Notes under the pieces: model-generated | Databases searched by the model: none | The model's input: only the letters and a program-made list of their open reading frames with translations | What the model was told of the DNA's origin: nothing | Origin: Macrostomum hystrix | Taxonomy: Eukaryota > Animalia > Platyhelminthes | Assembly (NCBI GenBank): GCA_950097015.1 | Contig: CATNEN010000007.1 | Span: forward strand, 8,990,001 to 9,054,000 | Length of the DNA: 64,000 nucleotides | Reading direction: 5' to 3' | In this document: piece after piece, positions 24,834 to 36,850 of the stretch | Layout: each line of letters starts with the position of its first letter | Numbering within the stretch: position 1 is the stretch's first letter | Program-made: the position numbers and the translations under genes

Positions 24834-27800
24834 TATCTGCTGTTTCAAGGCGGGCGCCGGCCCACCTTGTGGCCCAGCTGACGAAGCGCGCCCTGAAGAA
24901 GGCAGTCGGCCTGTCCCGCAGTGCCTGCCTGACGCTGCTGCACGTCTGCCGCCAGCTGTACAGTACGCCCGACGGCCTCCACAGCCTGCGCCCATTCCGC
25001 CTGCATGAACTGGCCGCGCAGGCCTGGCGTGAGGCCAAGGCCGATGTGGCCGCCGCTGCCGCAGATGGCGGTGGGCCGCCTAACCTCACCTACTGGGAGG
25101 AGAACCTGCGGGACAGCCTGCTGAGCCTGGCCTCGACGCCTCGCGGAGTTCTCCTGCTGCATCAGACCGGCGCCATGGCCGACTGCGCAGCCAGGATGTG
25201 CGCCAGGTACGTCAGGAAGCAGCAGGTGGGCAAGTGCCAGCGCTTTGGCTACGGCCACATGCTGGCCCAGCTGGTCGGCACCGCGCGCGGCTTTCGGCAC
25301 GCCACAGACGCCGGAGGCTTTGTGCCAGCCCTGCTGCAGACCGTCTGGGCCGCCATCGAGTGCGGCACCGACGACCGGCTGGCCGCAGCGCCCCGGCCCT
25401 GGCCAATTGAAGCCGTGGATCCGCCGGCGCTCAAGGTGAGCCAACTAGATTGACACGTGCTGAAGAATTTATTGACAGGTTCAATAAATAGATTGGCAGG
25501 TCCAATTAAGAGATTGACAGGTCCAATAAAGAGATTGACAGGTCCAATTAAGAGATTGACAGGTCCAATAAAGATATTGACAGGTCCAATAAAGATATTG
25601 ACAGGTCCAATAAAGATATTGACAGGTCCAATAAAGAGATTGACAGGTCCAATAAAGAGATTGACAGGTCCAATTAAGAGATTGACAGGTCCAATAAAGA
25701 GATTGACAGGTTCAATAAATAGATTGACAGGTTCAATAAATAGATTGACAGGTCCAATAAACAGATTTACAGGTTCAATAAATAGATTGACAGGTCCAAT
25801 AAAGATATTGACGGGTGCAATAAAGATATTGACGGGTCCGGTGAATAGATTTACAGGTCCAGTGAATATTTTGACAGGTCCAGTGAATAGATTGAGAGGT
25901 ATGGAACATTAGATTGACAAGTGCCAGGTGTGTAATCGAGTTTCCTTTCTCTCCTCTCGCAACTCACGCCAGCCTCTGACAGGCCTATGCCGGCTGCTGT
26001 CCGCCTTCCCGGCCGTGTGCGAGTGCTTCGCAGACCGACCGCTGCCCAGCCGGGCCACCTATTCGCTGCGGGAGGTGCCCGCCGACCTGCCGGTAAGCGA
26101 CTGGGGAGGCGGTCTCTGACTTCTTCCAGCCTCTGTTGTCACCTTTGCTTGCAGGGAGGAATTTTGGGACTTTCACTCGCATTTCACTCTGCCCAGGCCC
26201 TGTTCGACCGGCTGGTGCTGCTGGACCGTCCGGCCAAGCTGTCCTCGCTGTTCCACCCGGAGCAGTCGGCCGTGTTCGGCCTCCGCCTGCTCAGCTGCAT
26301 CGCCGGCTGCCTGGACTCGCTGCTGCTGCTGCAGTCGCAGTACGACTTCTGCTCAGCCCTGCTGGCAGCGCAGTTCCTCGACTGTCCAGGCTCGACTGCC
26401 GACGCGACAGCCGTCGTTGGTGGCGAAGGCGGCGCCGATCGTGACGACGACGAAAATTCTTCGCGGCGCCTGGTGATCGACGCGGTCACCATCGAGCGCA
26501 ACTACGTGCTGGTGAAGGCCGGCATGCTTGGCGGCCCCAGCGAGAGGCGCCTGCCGGCCAGGGAGCTCGACGAGGTGGGCTGGGGTGGCTGGGTGGCTGG
26601 GGTGGCTGGGGTAGCTGGCTGGTGTGGCTGGCTGGGGTGGCTGACTGGGGTGGCTGGCTGGGGTGGCTGGCTGGGGTGGCTGGCTGGGGTGGCTGGCTGG
26701 TGTGGCTGGCTGGTGTGGCTGGCTGGTGTGGCTGGCTGGGGTGGCTGACTGGGTTAGCTGGCTGGAGTGGCTGGCTGGCTTGGGTATGGTAGAGGCTGGG
26801 AATGGCCGCTGTTAAAACCCACAGACGACCGATGCGCTGGGCGAAAGCGAGTCAGAGGGGGCTGGGCTGGTGGCTTGAAGTCCTTGCTCTACTCTCGAGT
26901 ACCGCATATCCGCACATAACTTTCGGAGCGAGGAGGTAGAGTGGGAGAGAGAGTGGAAAGGAGAGGGAGTCAGAGCAGCGGTCAGTTCTCAGTCGATCGT
27001 GTTCATTCCAGGACTCCGAGTACCACTACGAAATCTGTCGCCGACTGCCGCCGCCGGCCTCCTATTTTGTGCGCGGCCGGGAAGGCCTACGCGGTGGCAA
27101 GCCGGGTGAGTGGCTGCCCCATCCCGCTGAAGCTGTTAGCATAGTTAGTGGTAGTTAGTATTGCTTTTGAACTGCTCTCACTTGAGCACAGTGCTGACAG
27201 GCAGTCACTTTCATGTTTGACATTAAGTCGCCTCTGTCAATGAATCCGATCGTATTTCAGAGGCCTGGCTAAATGGTACGCATTCATTACCATGGAAATG
27301 CTTCCAGCTTGTTCTGTGATGTCTTGGCCAGATTCACTGCAGGCGTTTGCGTATATTGACACCGCCCAGCACAGGGGTTGCGTTTGGGGAGAGGCATTAG
27401 CGGCTGATTACCAGCTTTGGGCTTGAATCTTCAGGCTGGCTGCAGTTATATTGCATTCATTTTTAGCTGTCTTCTTTTCCACTCAAAATTTCAGAATTTT
27501 GCAAGCATGCCGTTCAGGCCAAATTGTTTCGCTTCACTCAATATTTATTTACTGCGCTCCACGCTACTTGCAGTGGCAGTATGAGAGTGTTTTTCTTGTT
27601 GAGAAGCTTTGAATTTGTTTGCAGACGCGGTGCTGCGCTTCGCGGAGTCCAGCCCGGAGACGGGACTGGCCTGGCTGGGCCAAGGCCGCGGGCTGCTGCT
27701 GCAGGAGCTTGGCGCCGGCGGCCACATGTCCGTTCAGGGTGAGGCAGCTGTGCTGTGATAATTGCTGAGATTCCACCTGACTAAGCCAATAGACCCCTGT

Positions 27801-29457
27801 CTCACCTGTTCAGGCCTGGCCAAACTGATCGAGAAGGCGGCCCACCTGCAGTGCCAGTCGCAGAAGCAGCAGAAGAAGGGCTTCCTGCCACCTGAGTCGG
27901 GCCTCGGCACTGATGACGCTGCGGCTGCGCCGGGGAACGCGAAAATGGAGGAGCTGGGCATTCAGCTGATGATCGAGTGGGTCTGCGGTCGGGCGTAGTG
28001 AGGGAGGCAGTAGATGGGAGACAGTGGGGCAGTGAGGGAGACTGAGATGGGAGACAGTGGGGCAGTGAGGGAGACTGAGATGGGAGACAGTGGGGCAGTG
28101 AGGGAGACTGAGATGGGAGACAGTGGGGCAGTGAGGGAGACTGAGATGGGAGACAGTGGGGCAGTGAGGGAGACTGAGATGGGAGACAGTGGGGCAGTGA
28201 GGGAGACAGAGATGGGAGACAGGGGGGCAGTGAGGGAGACAGAGATGGGAGACAGTGGGGCAGTGAGGGAGACAGAGATGGGAGACAGTGGGGCAGTGAG
28301 GGAGGCAGTAGATGGGAGACAGTGGGGCAGTGAGGGAGACAGAGATGGGAGACAGTGGGGCAGTGAGGGAGACAGAGATGGGAGACAGTGGGGCAGTGAG
28401 GGAGACAGAGATGGGAGACAGTTGGGCAGTGAGGGAGACAGAGATGGGAGACAGTTGGGCAGTGAGGGAGACAGAGATGGGAGACAGTGGGGCAGGGCTT
28501 CAGCAGCTGTCTCACATGGCTCCCGCAGGTACGGCATGAACCTTCGGCTGCTGAGCGCTGAGGACAACCCCGCTGGCCGGCTGCGGCAGCTGCTGCGCTC
28601 GGTGCGCGGCCTCCTGGCGAAGGAGCAGCGGCGGCCACGAAATGAACTGGGACTTAGTAAGGCTTGGTCATGGGCCTTGGTCATGGAATTCAATTCCGGT
28701 TGCTAATGACTCTATTAGCAACCGGAGCCTAATTAGCAATCGGCAACCCCCGAACTCCCGCAGAGTCGCTTGATGGCGTCTACCGCGGCTTCGACTGGTT
28801 CGCGGCAAGTATTTTCCTGCTGTTTGGTGGCTCCCAGGAGCGAGCCTTGGCCTGCCTACAGAACCTGGCGGTGGTGCAAGCCTCCGCTTACCTTTGGCCC
28901 CACCGGATGCACAACTCAGTGAGCTCCTTTAGTCCCACTGGATCCCCAGGCTGAGCTGCCCTCCTCCCAGATCCTAACTCAATCGCAATCTACACTCCAA
29001 TCCTGGAATCCAGTTGCACCTGCCCGAGGCCATCCGTGACACCGGCGCCAGTCCGGTTCTGTACAAAACCTGCCACCTGGTGGAGCAGCTGCTGGCTCGC
29101 GAGCAGCCGCAGGTGGCGGCTGCCTTCCGCCTGTCGGGCATTTGCCCGGCGACTGTTCTGCACGCGTGGCTGCGCCAGGGCTTCCTGTGTGCTCTGGACT
29201 GGTCAGCGGTCGTACAGTACACCGCCCTGCTGCTGCTCTGTGGCCCTGACTATCAGGTGTACTTCTGCCTCAGCCTGCTGCGCCACCTTGCGCCTGGCAT
29301 CCTGGAGCGTCACCAGCGCGGCGATCTGCTGCTGCACCTGCGCGAGGCTCCCCTGGCCGGCTTCGGCCCGGCCGCCTGTTCCGCGCAGCTGCAGGAGCTG
29401 GAGGCCCGCTACCGCAGCTTCCTGCTGCCCGAGATGATGGACCTTAGCCAGCTGTGA
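19546..29457 (+). CDS. TBC1D32: Protein broad-minded (TBC1D32/BROMI), multi-exon
   Basis: The N-terminus LRQL..VDEILQHLEENDENFHK|YELVKALRQ matches the recalled BROMI motif [25 protein letters not shown]. Further matches: ALCDPD..L, LALLDPRAVWLTKWLHGSYSR, LLSLASTPRG, GGPSERRLP, and a C-terminal TBC-like domain (FDWFAASIFLL; WLRQGFLCALDW..GPDYQVYFC). Exons ~19546-19703, 20291-20446, 22310-22875, 22945-23007, 23128-23612, 23683-23758, 24237-24519, 24850-25435, 25973-26092, 26197-26574, 27012-27105, 27625-27738, 27814-27976, 28529-28657, 28764-28918, 29014-29457. Confidence 0.9.
19727..20225. repeat. 30-bp minisatellite (TCCTTCAGTACATCGTCCAGCTTATCCTGA)n in TBC1D32 intron 1
   Basis: About 16 near-perfect copies. 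Confidence 0.97.
20491..22289. repeat. 33-bp minisatellite (GACAGCTGGCTCTCTCACATGAAGTGTAACGGG)n in TBC1D32 intron 2
   Basis: About 54 near-perfect copies with occasional +G and T>C variants. Confidence 0.98.
23017..23063. repeat. (GTTT)n microsatellite
   Basis: Direct observation; intronic. Confidence 0.95.
23872..24218. repeat. 18-bp minisatellite (ATTATGAGCAGATCTAGG / ACTATGAGCATATCTAGA)n
   Basis: About 19 copies of two alternating variants; intronic. Confidence 0.96.
24781..24831. repeat. (TAT)n microsatellite
   Basis: Direct observation, just upstream of a splice acceptor. Confidence 0.9.
25470..25895. repeat. 21-bp minisatellite (GATTGACAGGTCCAATAAAGA)n
   Basis: About 20 diverging copies; intronic. 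Confidence 0.95.
26576..26782. repeat. G-rich (GGCT/GGGGT) low-complexity tract
   Basis: Starts immediately after a splice donor. Confidence 0.9.
27997..28495. repeat. 33-bp purine-rich minisatellite (GAGATGGGAGACAGTGGGGCAGTGAGGGAGACA)n
   Basis: About 15 copies; intronic. Confidence 0.96.
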
Positions 29458-29572
29458 AAAAATCCATTGCAAAAATTGCGCTAACTCTTGAGAATCGGGA
29501 CTTTGTGTGCGCACCAGCCTTATCTTATAGTTGTAGGTTCCCTGCGTCACAGGCGTGTACTACTCGTATATA

Positions 29573-30439
29573 CACTCAGCAACATTAAAAACCGCCGCCC
29601 TAGAGCGAGCGGAACGGTTGATCTCAACTCACTGCCGCAAATTACGTAATGTGCACCTGACTGCAAGGAGAGCTACCGTGGGAGAGTGGGGGTGGGTAAA
29701 GGGTTATCGCGAAGTTCAAAATGGATAATTTAGTACACTCAGTCAAAATGCAGCTAACGAGTAACCAGTATTACTCGTTATCTCCAAAATGGTCCGCCAC
29801 ATGACCGATGGTGAACGATGGCGAGCCATAGGCATGCTTGAGGCCGGAATGTCCATCCGAGCAGTAGCCCGTCAATTCGGCAGATCACGTTCGACGATTC
29901 GCAGCCTTCTGCAGAAGTCCAGAGACACTGGCAGTGTCGCGCACGCAAGTCGTGGAGTCCAGCGCCGTCATCTGCGCAGCACAGCAAGGCTGATCGGCGA
30001 CTGCTGCGAATTGTGAGGGGAAACCCCACCTTACCTGCCACATTGCTTCGACTCATCTGGGGTGAAAGAAGCAGGCGCGGGAACATCTTGAGCGCCCAAA
30101 CAATTCGACGGAGAACTTGGGCGGCTGGGCGCTACCGGAAGATGCGCAAGCGACCCCGACTGACGCCTGCTCACTGCCCACACGAGAGCTGTGGGAGATG
30201 AAGCGAATTCACTGGAGGCAGCAGTTATTTAATAACACACCCGAATTTCCATGCTACTGTCAGGTAGTTTGACTCTCTTTCGTTTCTCTGGTTACGGAGT
30301 CGGGTGGGTGAGCAGAATGCATTGCGTCATTCGCGGTTTTTCACCTCTCTCTCAGGTGCACATTGCGTCATTTGTGGTAGTGAGTTGAGATGAATCGTTT
30401 CCCTCGCTCTAGGGTGGCGGTTTTTAATGTTGCTGAGTG
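29573..30439 (+). mobile_element. Internally deleted Tc1-like DNA transposon
   Basis: TIRs CACTCAGCAACATTAAAAACCGCC.. and ..GGCGGTTTTTAATGTTGCTGAGTG flanked by TA. Contains a frameshifted transposase N-terminus (29789-30200: AIGMLEAGMSIRAVARQFGRSRSTI HTH; SAQTIRRR..RKRPRLT); no DDE domain. Confidence 0.88.
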
Positions 30440-30814
30440 TATATAACTGTACATTTCTCCTCACCTGATTCCCAGAGCAAATATATATTTTTCCGAATTC
30501 ATTTTTTATGCAACTGAAAACATTCCTTTGTTAACTCTGTCTTTAGAATGCAATGCAGCAGCTGTTCTGATACCCGCACTTTTTACTTAAACCAACTACG
30601 TCGAGTTTTATTGCTTCCCGTTTTGATGCTGAAGTCGTTTTAAAACCGTTCGAGTTACCGTGCGAAGTTCAACTGCGAATATAGCAGTGGAAACGATCAT
30701 GTTAAAATGGGATAAAATATAATTTAAGCGATTGTAAGAATAACTCAGGCATTAGAATTAAAAAATTGTTCTATTTATTTAGTAACCTGTTTAGATACCA
30801 CGGAATAAGAGATA

Positions 30815-30861
30815 AATCGTTTCCCTCGCTCTAGGGTGGCGGTTTTTAATGTTGCTGAGTG
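30815..30861 (+). mobile_element. Extra copy of the Tc1-like right TIR
   Basis: AATCGTTTCCCTCGCTCTAGGGTGGCGGTTTTTAATGTTGCTGAGTG-TA, identical to 30393-30441. Confidence 0.85.
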
Positions 30862-31270
30862 TAGTTGACGGGAACTTAGTAAGACCGAGTTGAGCGAGTT
30901 AAGCATTTCTTTTGTGGCCATTTTATCTGTCCTTCAAAATAATATGATACTTTCGCCGCCTCACCGCAAGGTGAAATGCGGCTTGCAAAATAATGCAAGA
31001 GCAAATTGCACACTGATTAAAAATTTCGACAATCGTCACTTTTGGGTTTTGATTAAAGCACCTTGAGAAATTTCGAAATTTCGAAATAGACAGATAAGGA
31101 CAATGTAAGGCCATAGTACTACTAAGTACAAATTACTACTATTACTACTAAGTAATACGGCATTATGGCATTATGGCGTATAAAAGCCTTCTCTTCGCTG
31201 CATCCCCTCAGTTACCAAAGGGCGAGTGGCGAGAGGTGCTCGTTGAATGCAGCGACGACCAGCTCGCCTA

Positions 31271-31345
31271 TCACTCAAGGTACCTGTAGTTGAGGGGGCG
31301 GCAGTTCCGCTGAACATCATAGTAGCGGCTCAGGTCGAACACGCC
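31271..31345 (-). pseudogene. 75-bp 3'-terminal fragment of an alpha-1,3-fucosyltransferase copy
   Basis: Reverse complement equals 46991-47065 (GVFDLSRYYDVQRNCRPLNYRYLE*) with one synonymous difference. Confidence 0.9.
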
Positions 31346-32500
31346 CGATTCTTATCCCCAGAATCTCACGATTCTTACCCCCAAGAATCTCACGATTCTT
31401 ACCCCCCAGAATCTCACGATTCTTACCCCCAAGAATCTCACGATTCTTACCCCCAGAATCTCCCGATTCTTATCCCCAGAATCTCACGATTCTTACCCCC
31501 AGAATCTCCCGATTCTTATCCCCAGAATCTCAGGATTCTTACCCCATAAATCTCAGGATTCTTACCCCCTAAATCTCACGATTCTTACCCCCAAGAATCT
31601 CACGATTCTTACCCCCCAGAATCTCACGATTCTTACCCCCAAGAATCTCACGATTCTTACCCCCAGAATCTCCCGATTCTTATCCCCAGAATCTCACGAT
31701 TCTTACCCCCAGAATCTCCCGATTCTTATCCCCAGAATCTCAGGATTCTTACCCCATAAATCTCAGGATTCTTACCCCATAAATCTCAGGATTCTTACCC
31801 CCTAAATCTCACGATTCTTACCCCCAGAATCTCAGGATTCTTACCCCCAGAATCTCCCGATTCTTATCCCCAGAATCTCACGATTCTTACCCCATACATC
31901 TCAGGATTCTTACCCCATAAATCTCAGGATTCTTAGCCCCTAAATCTCACGATTCTTAGCCCCAGAATCTCAGGATTCTTATCCCCAGAATCTCAGGATT
32001 CTTATCTCCAGAATCTCAGGATTCTTACCCCCAGAATCTCCCGATTCTTATCCCCAGAATCTCAGGATTCTTATCCCCAGAATCTCAGGATTCTTACCCC
32101 CAGAATCTCCCGATTCTTACCCCCAGAATCTCACGATTCTTACCCCCAGAATCTCAGGATTCTTACCCCCAGAATCTCCCGATTCTTATCCCCAGAATCT
32201 CATGATTCTTACCCCCAGAATCTCAGGATTCTTACCCCCAGAATCTCAGGATTCTTATCCCCAGAATCTCAGGATTCTTACCCCCAGAATCTCCCGATTC
32301 TTATCCCCAGAATCTCAGGATTCTTATCCCCAGAATCTCAGGATTCTTACCCCCAGAATCTCCCGATTCTTATCCCCAGAATCTCACGATTCTTACCCCC
32401 AGAATCTCCCGATTCTTACCCCCAGAATCTCACGATTCTTACCCCCAAGAATCTCATGATTCTTACCCCCCAGAATCTCACCCCCCAGATTCTTAGCCCC
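31346..32500. repeat. ~23-bp satellite (GAATCTCASGATTCTTAYCCCCA)n
   Basis: About 50 copies; each unit contains the inverted pair AGAATC..GATTCT. Confidence 0.96.
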
Positions 32501-33491
32501 ATATCGCTGGGGTAGCAACACTGATCGCGACCCAAATGCGCATAAATCGATACCGGCATAGAATACAAAAAATATCATTCGAAAATTATATATTGCTTTG
32601 TCCGTAGAGTTATTAAATAACAAACTTGCACCGTTTACAACGATACCCCGCCAATTCTTGCCATCTCTTAGAATTCGCATAGGAAGTTCATTTCCAAACT
32701 CCCAAAGCTGCAGGATCGATCATAAGTTGCCCCAGAAGTAGGCGCACAGCCATTGGCAGCTTCTTCTCCTTGTCATTGGAGTCACTTTTGGCCAAAAACT
32801 TCCTACAAAGCTAAACTGAAATAATAGAATTCAAAAGACTAAACATTTTTTACAATTAAAGCAAGCATCTTATTTGTTGAAATATATTGAATTATTCAAC
32901 TTTTTTCTTTATCAGTGAACTCGATTGGCTCAACTAAACCAAACTCAGTTAAAAGAATCACTTATAGTTTAGAATTAATTAACAAATGTTCTAATGATAT
33001 CGATCATGTCTTGCAAATTTAATTGATGCGGATGCAATTCAAAGGATTGCACTAATTATTGGTATTATTTTACTAAAAATAGTTGAAAAAGACTTAAATA
33101 ATCTTGAGCGAAGTTTAAAACTATTTCCTTGAAGTGCTCACACAGTTGCTTAGACTTTTCATTTGTAATTAATAAGAAGTTCTTAATTTATGAACTAATA
33201 ATAACATTTAAGATAAAAAAATAAACTCCTGCTAGATTTTCTCTGGCATTATGTTTTAATGATTGAATACTAGTTGCGAGATGGGTGAGCCAGTAAGGAT
33301 ACTTACGTATGCGAGAACATCTATGATAAGATTGGGTAGCAACTGCACACACTGAAAACTACGTTTTTCGAATTGTAAATGCCAGCGTTTGAGAATAAAG
33401 TGTTGTAAAGGGATGCGGTTTTCGCTAAAATGTGTAAATGATCTGGGGCTATCGGTCCAGGCATGCATGGTTGTCACGGACGCGTTTTTTG

Positions 33492-33505
33492 GTTGCCATG
33501 GCAAC
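33492..33505. promoter_or_regulatory. Perfect X-box-like palindrome GTTGCCATGGCAAC (no adjacent gene identified)
   Basis: Exact 14-bp palindrome matching the RFX consensus; functional context unknown. Confidence 0.35.
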
Positions 33506-34248
33506 GGAAAAGTGCGTTTTTTCGAGTTGCTCGAAAATTGTGTTCTTAAAAAATAAGGATTGAGTACATGGTGCTGCCTAACAATCTATATGAGCTTAAG
33601 CGGGCATTTATAAGCTACAATTATATGATAATGATTTTTAGTGCATTTGCTCTTTTGTACATGAAAAGGTGAAAAAAGTGTTTTTTGAGGTGCAAAAAGT
33701 GCATTTTTTCAAACGTTTGATAAGAAGCAGCTCAGCGCGGCCTTTGAGCTGCTGAACTGTTTGCGGGACATCTGCGGGACTAACGAAATGCACAAGCATT
33801 TTATCAGGTATGCACCTTTAGTATAAAAGTACACGTGTACTTTAAAAGTGCATTTTGTATAGGTGCACTTTGAGGCCCTACTATAAGTAAGGAAGCAATG
33901 CATTTTCTGCTTGGTTTTGCATGTTTTTAGAATCAACTGGATGTCCTCTAAATTTCTGCGTTGGTTTCAGTTTTTTTAAGTGCACTGCTTTAAATATGTC
34001 ATGCTTTAATGTTTTGATCATTTTTGGTCATTGTTTGACTCGTAAAAGGAGCCCTAACAATTGTGCGTTTTACGGTGCTGCTTAGCCGCCTGTTTGTCAT
34101 TTTTGCCAGCATATTCATTAACGATTCCGTAAATTACCAAGTTTTCATGACATGCTGGTGGTGAGCTAGGCTGCTAAAACAGCTTCCATTTTTACCTGTT
34201 GCTCGGCAAAATTTTGAAGGTTTTGTCGCACAACTTTTGACCAACGCA

Positions 34249-34255
<7 letters not shown>

Positions 34256-34302
<47 letters not shown>

Positions 34303-34720
34303 GTTACGCCCCACGCCGACCACGAAAGGTGGCGAAGAGGGGGGAGCGTCAAATCGCGCGCTTCAGTGCCAGGTCTCTGATGTGCTTCACGCCTGCCGCC
34401 TGGCTGGGTGCTCGGGCGTCTTCAAAAAGTCGGTCGATATAGCGGGCTGATCGTCCCTGGCCGCGCCTGCGCGGACATCCTGCAGGACATCCTGCAGCGG
34501 CTCTGGGCAGTAGGCTTCGGCGCGGATGACATGCCCGGCCAGCCGCAGGCGCCGCTGACTCAGCAGGACAGAAGGCCGCGTTAGGCGCGCACGCTGGTAG
34601 AGGGACTCGGTTGTCTCGCTGCCAGGGCCACGGCGGGCACCGAAAGCGGCGCGAACTAGGGCCGCGTGTGCCGCGTCGAGCTGCGCCTCGAGCGCCCCGA
34701 TCATCGTCCAGGTCTTAAGA
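34256..34720 (-). mobile_element. 5'-truncated RTE-like non-LTR retrotransposon with (TTA)n tail
   Basis: GC-rich island encoding TWTM..LDAAH..RRLRLAGHVIR, typical of the C-terminus of RTE-clade ORFs. Trinucleotide tail at 34252-34302; candidate TSD AACATTAA at 34248-34255 and 34721-34728. Confidence 0.8.
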
Positions 34721-35844
34721 AACATTAAGAAACAAGTATGGCGTCATTGGATAGGTGCTTAGATGCCATTTCCAACAAGGTATTGCACGTGTCGATACGT
34801 GCAGGTTAGATGTACTTTGTACATGAAAAAGGTAAAAATCAGCAAAAATGGGGTACAATTTTCAGACACAAATAAAAAAAACTGACTCGATCACAAAATT
34901 TTTTTCTTACCAGCCTTAAAATTTTCTTCAATAGATGCTCTTAACCGTCTGATGCGAAATTAGCAAACAATAGGCTCAGTTTTATTTTAATATCGTTTTT
35001 GTATTTGAATGGCATTTTGCACACGTAATTTTAGATAGTTTTTGCATATAAGTCCTGAACAGAATATCTAATTATAGCACACGTGTGTCATTGGAAAGAA
35101 TTTCGGACTCACTGTGTAGCTGTACAAAGTGCTTTTGTTATTAATTTCTCTTCTGATGTTTATCTTTGATGTTTCATTGTTGTATCAATGGTTGCGTTTG
35201 TGAGTGTAATTATTTTGTTGTTTTGTTAAAATTAAAAAACTTGTTAAAAAGACAAATTTGAAAAGGTATGTGTGTATTAGAAAAGTTTTTTCATTTAGCA
35301 TTTGTAATCTCAATGCTGTTCAGTGACTTGTTGTTTCCTAGAATTCTATTTTTTGTGTTTTACTACTTGCAATAAAATAGGAATTTAAACGTTTTTCGCA
35401 TGTTTGCTCGTGGCGCGTTTCATTCAATTCAATCTCACGTTTTCTGCACTCTATCACTGAATTCATCTTCGGAAAATAAAAAGGTTCGAGTATATCATAT
35501 TCTACATAAAATTATACGTAGAATTTCAATGGGATACACTTGGAAAACACTATAAACAATGGTCAAAAACAAAAGATGAAACTTTCAAACAGAAAATTTA
35601 TAAAGAAATTTTTTTTAAACAAATAATTACTTTTCTTTTATACAATTTTATATTCTCTTTCTGAATATTTACTTTGTTTGACTCAGTATCAGCGCATCTA
35701 AAAGAAAATTAAGGGCATGTTCGCGCTGGTGAACTCAAACTTTGGGTCGTCATTTAAATGAAAAAATTTCAAAGCAATCAACATCGATATCAACATCAAT
35801 AGGTGATTTCTGTTTTAAAACATTTTGTACCGACTGCTATTTTA

Positions 35845-36850
35845 CTGCTGCTCATACTTCAATTCTAAATGCTGCTCATGCTTCGATTCTAAATGCTGCT
35901 CATGCTTCGATTCTAAATGCTGCTCATGCTTCGATTCTAAATGCTGCTCATGCTTCGATTCTAAATGCTGCTCATGTTTCGATTCTAAATGCTGCTCATG
36001 CTTCAATTCTATAAATGCTGCTCATGCTTCAATTCTAAATGCTGCTCATGCTTCAATTCTATAAATGCTGCTCATGTTTCAATTCTATAAATGCTGCTCA
36101 TGTTTCGATTCTAAATGCTGCTCATGCTTCAATTCTATAAATGCTGCTCATGCTTCAATTCTAAATGCTGCTCATGCTTCAATTCTATAAATGCTGCTCA
36201 TGTTTCAATTCTATAAATGCTGCTCATGTTTCGATTCTATAAATGCTGCTCATGCTTCAATTCTAAATGCTGCTCATGCTTCGATTCTATAAATGCTGCT
36301 CATGCTTCAATTCTATAAATGCTGCTCATGCTTCGATTCTGCCTGCTCATGCTTCAATTCTATAAATGCTGCTCATGCTTCGATTCTGCCTGCTCATGCT
36401 TCAATTCTAAATGCTGCTCATGCTTCAATTCTATAAATGCTGCTCATGCTTCGATTCTGCCTGCTCATGCTTCAATTCTATAAATGCTGCTCATGCTTCG
36501 ATTCTGCCTGCTCATGCTTCAATTCTAAATGCTGCTCATGCTTCAATTCTATAAATGCTGCTCATGCTTCGATTCTGCCTGCTCATGCTTCAATTCTATA
36601 AATGCTGCTCATGCTTCGATTCTGCCTGCTCATGCTTCGATTCTAAATGCTGCTCATGCTTCAATTCTAAATGCTGCTCATGCTTCAATTCTAAATGCTG
36701 CTCATGCTTCGATTCTAAATGCTGCTCATGCTTCAATTCTAAATGCTGCTCATGCTTCGATTCTATAAATGCTGCTCATGCTTCGATTCTAAATGCTGCT
36801 CATGCTTCAATTCTAAATGCTGCTCATGCTTCGATTCTGCCTGCTCATGC
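35845..36850. repeat. ~24-bp satellite (AAATGCTGCTCATGCTTCRATTCT)n with 21- and 26-bp variants
   Basis: About 40 copies. Confidence 0.96.
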
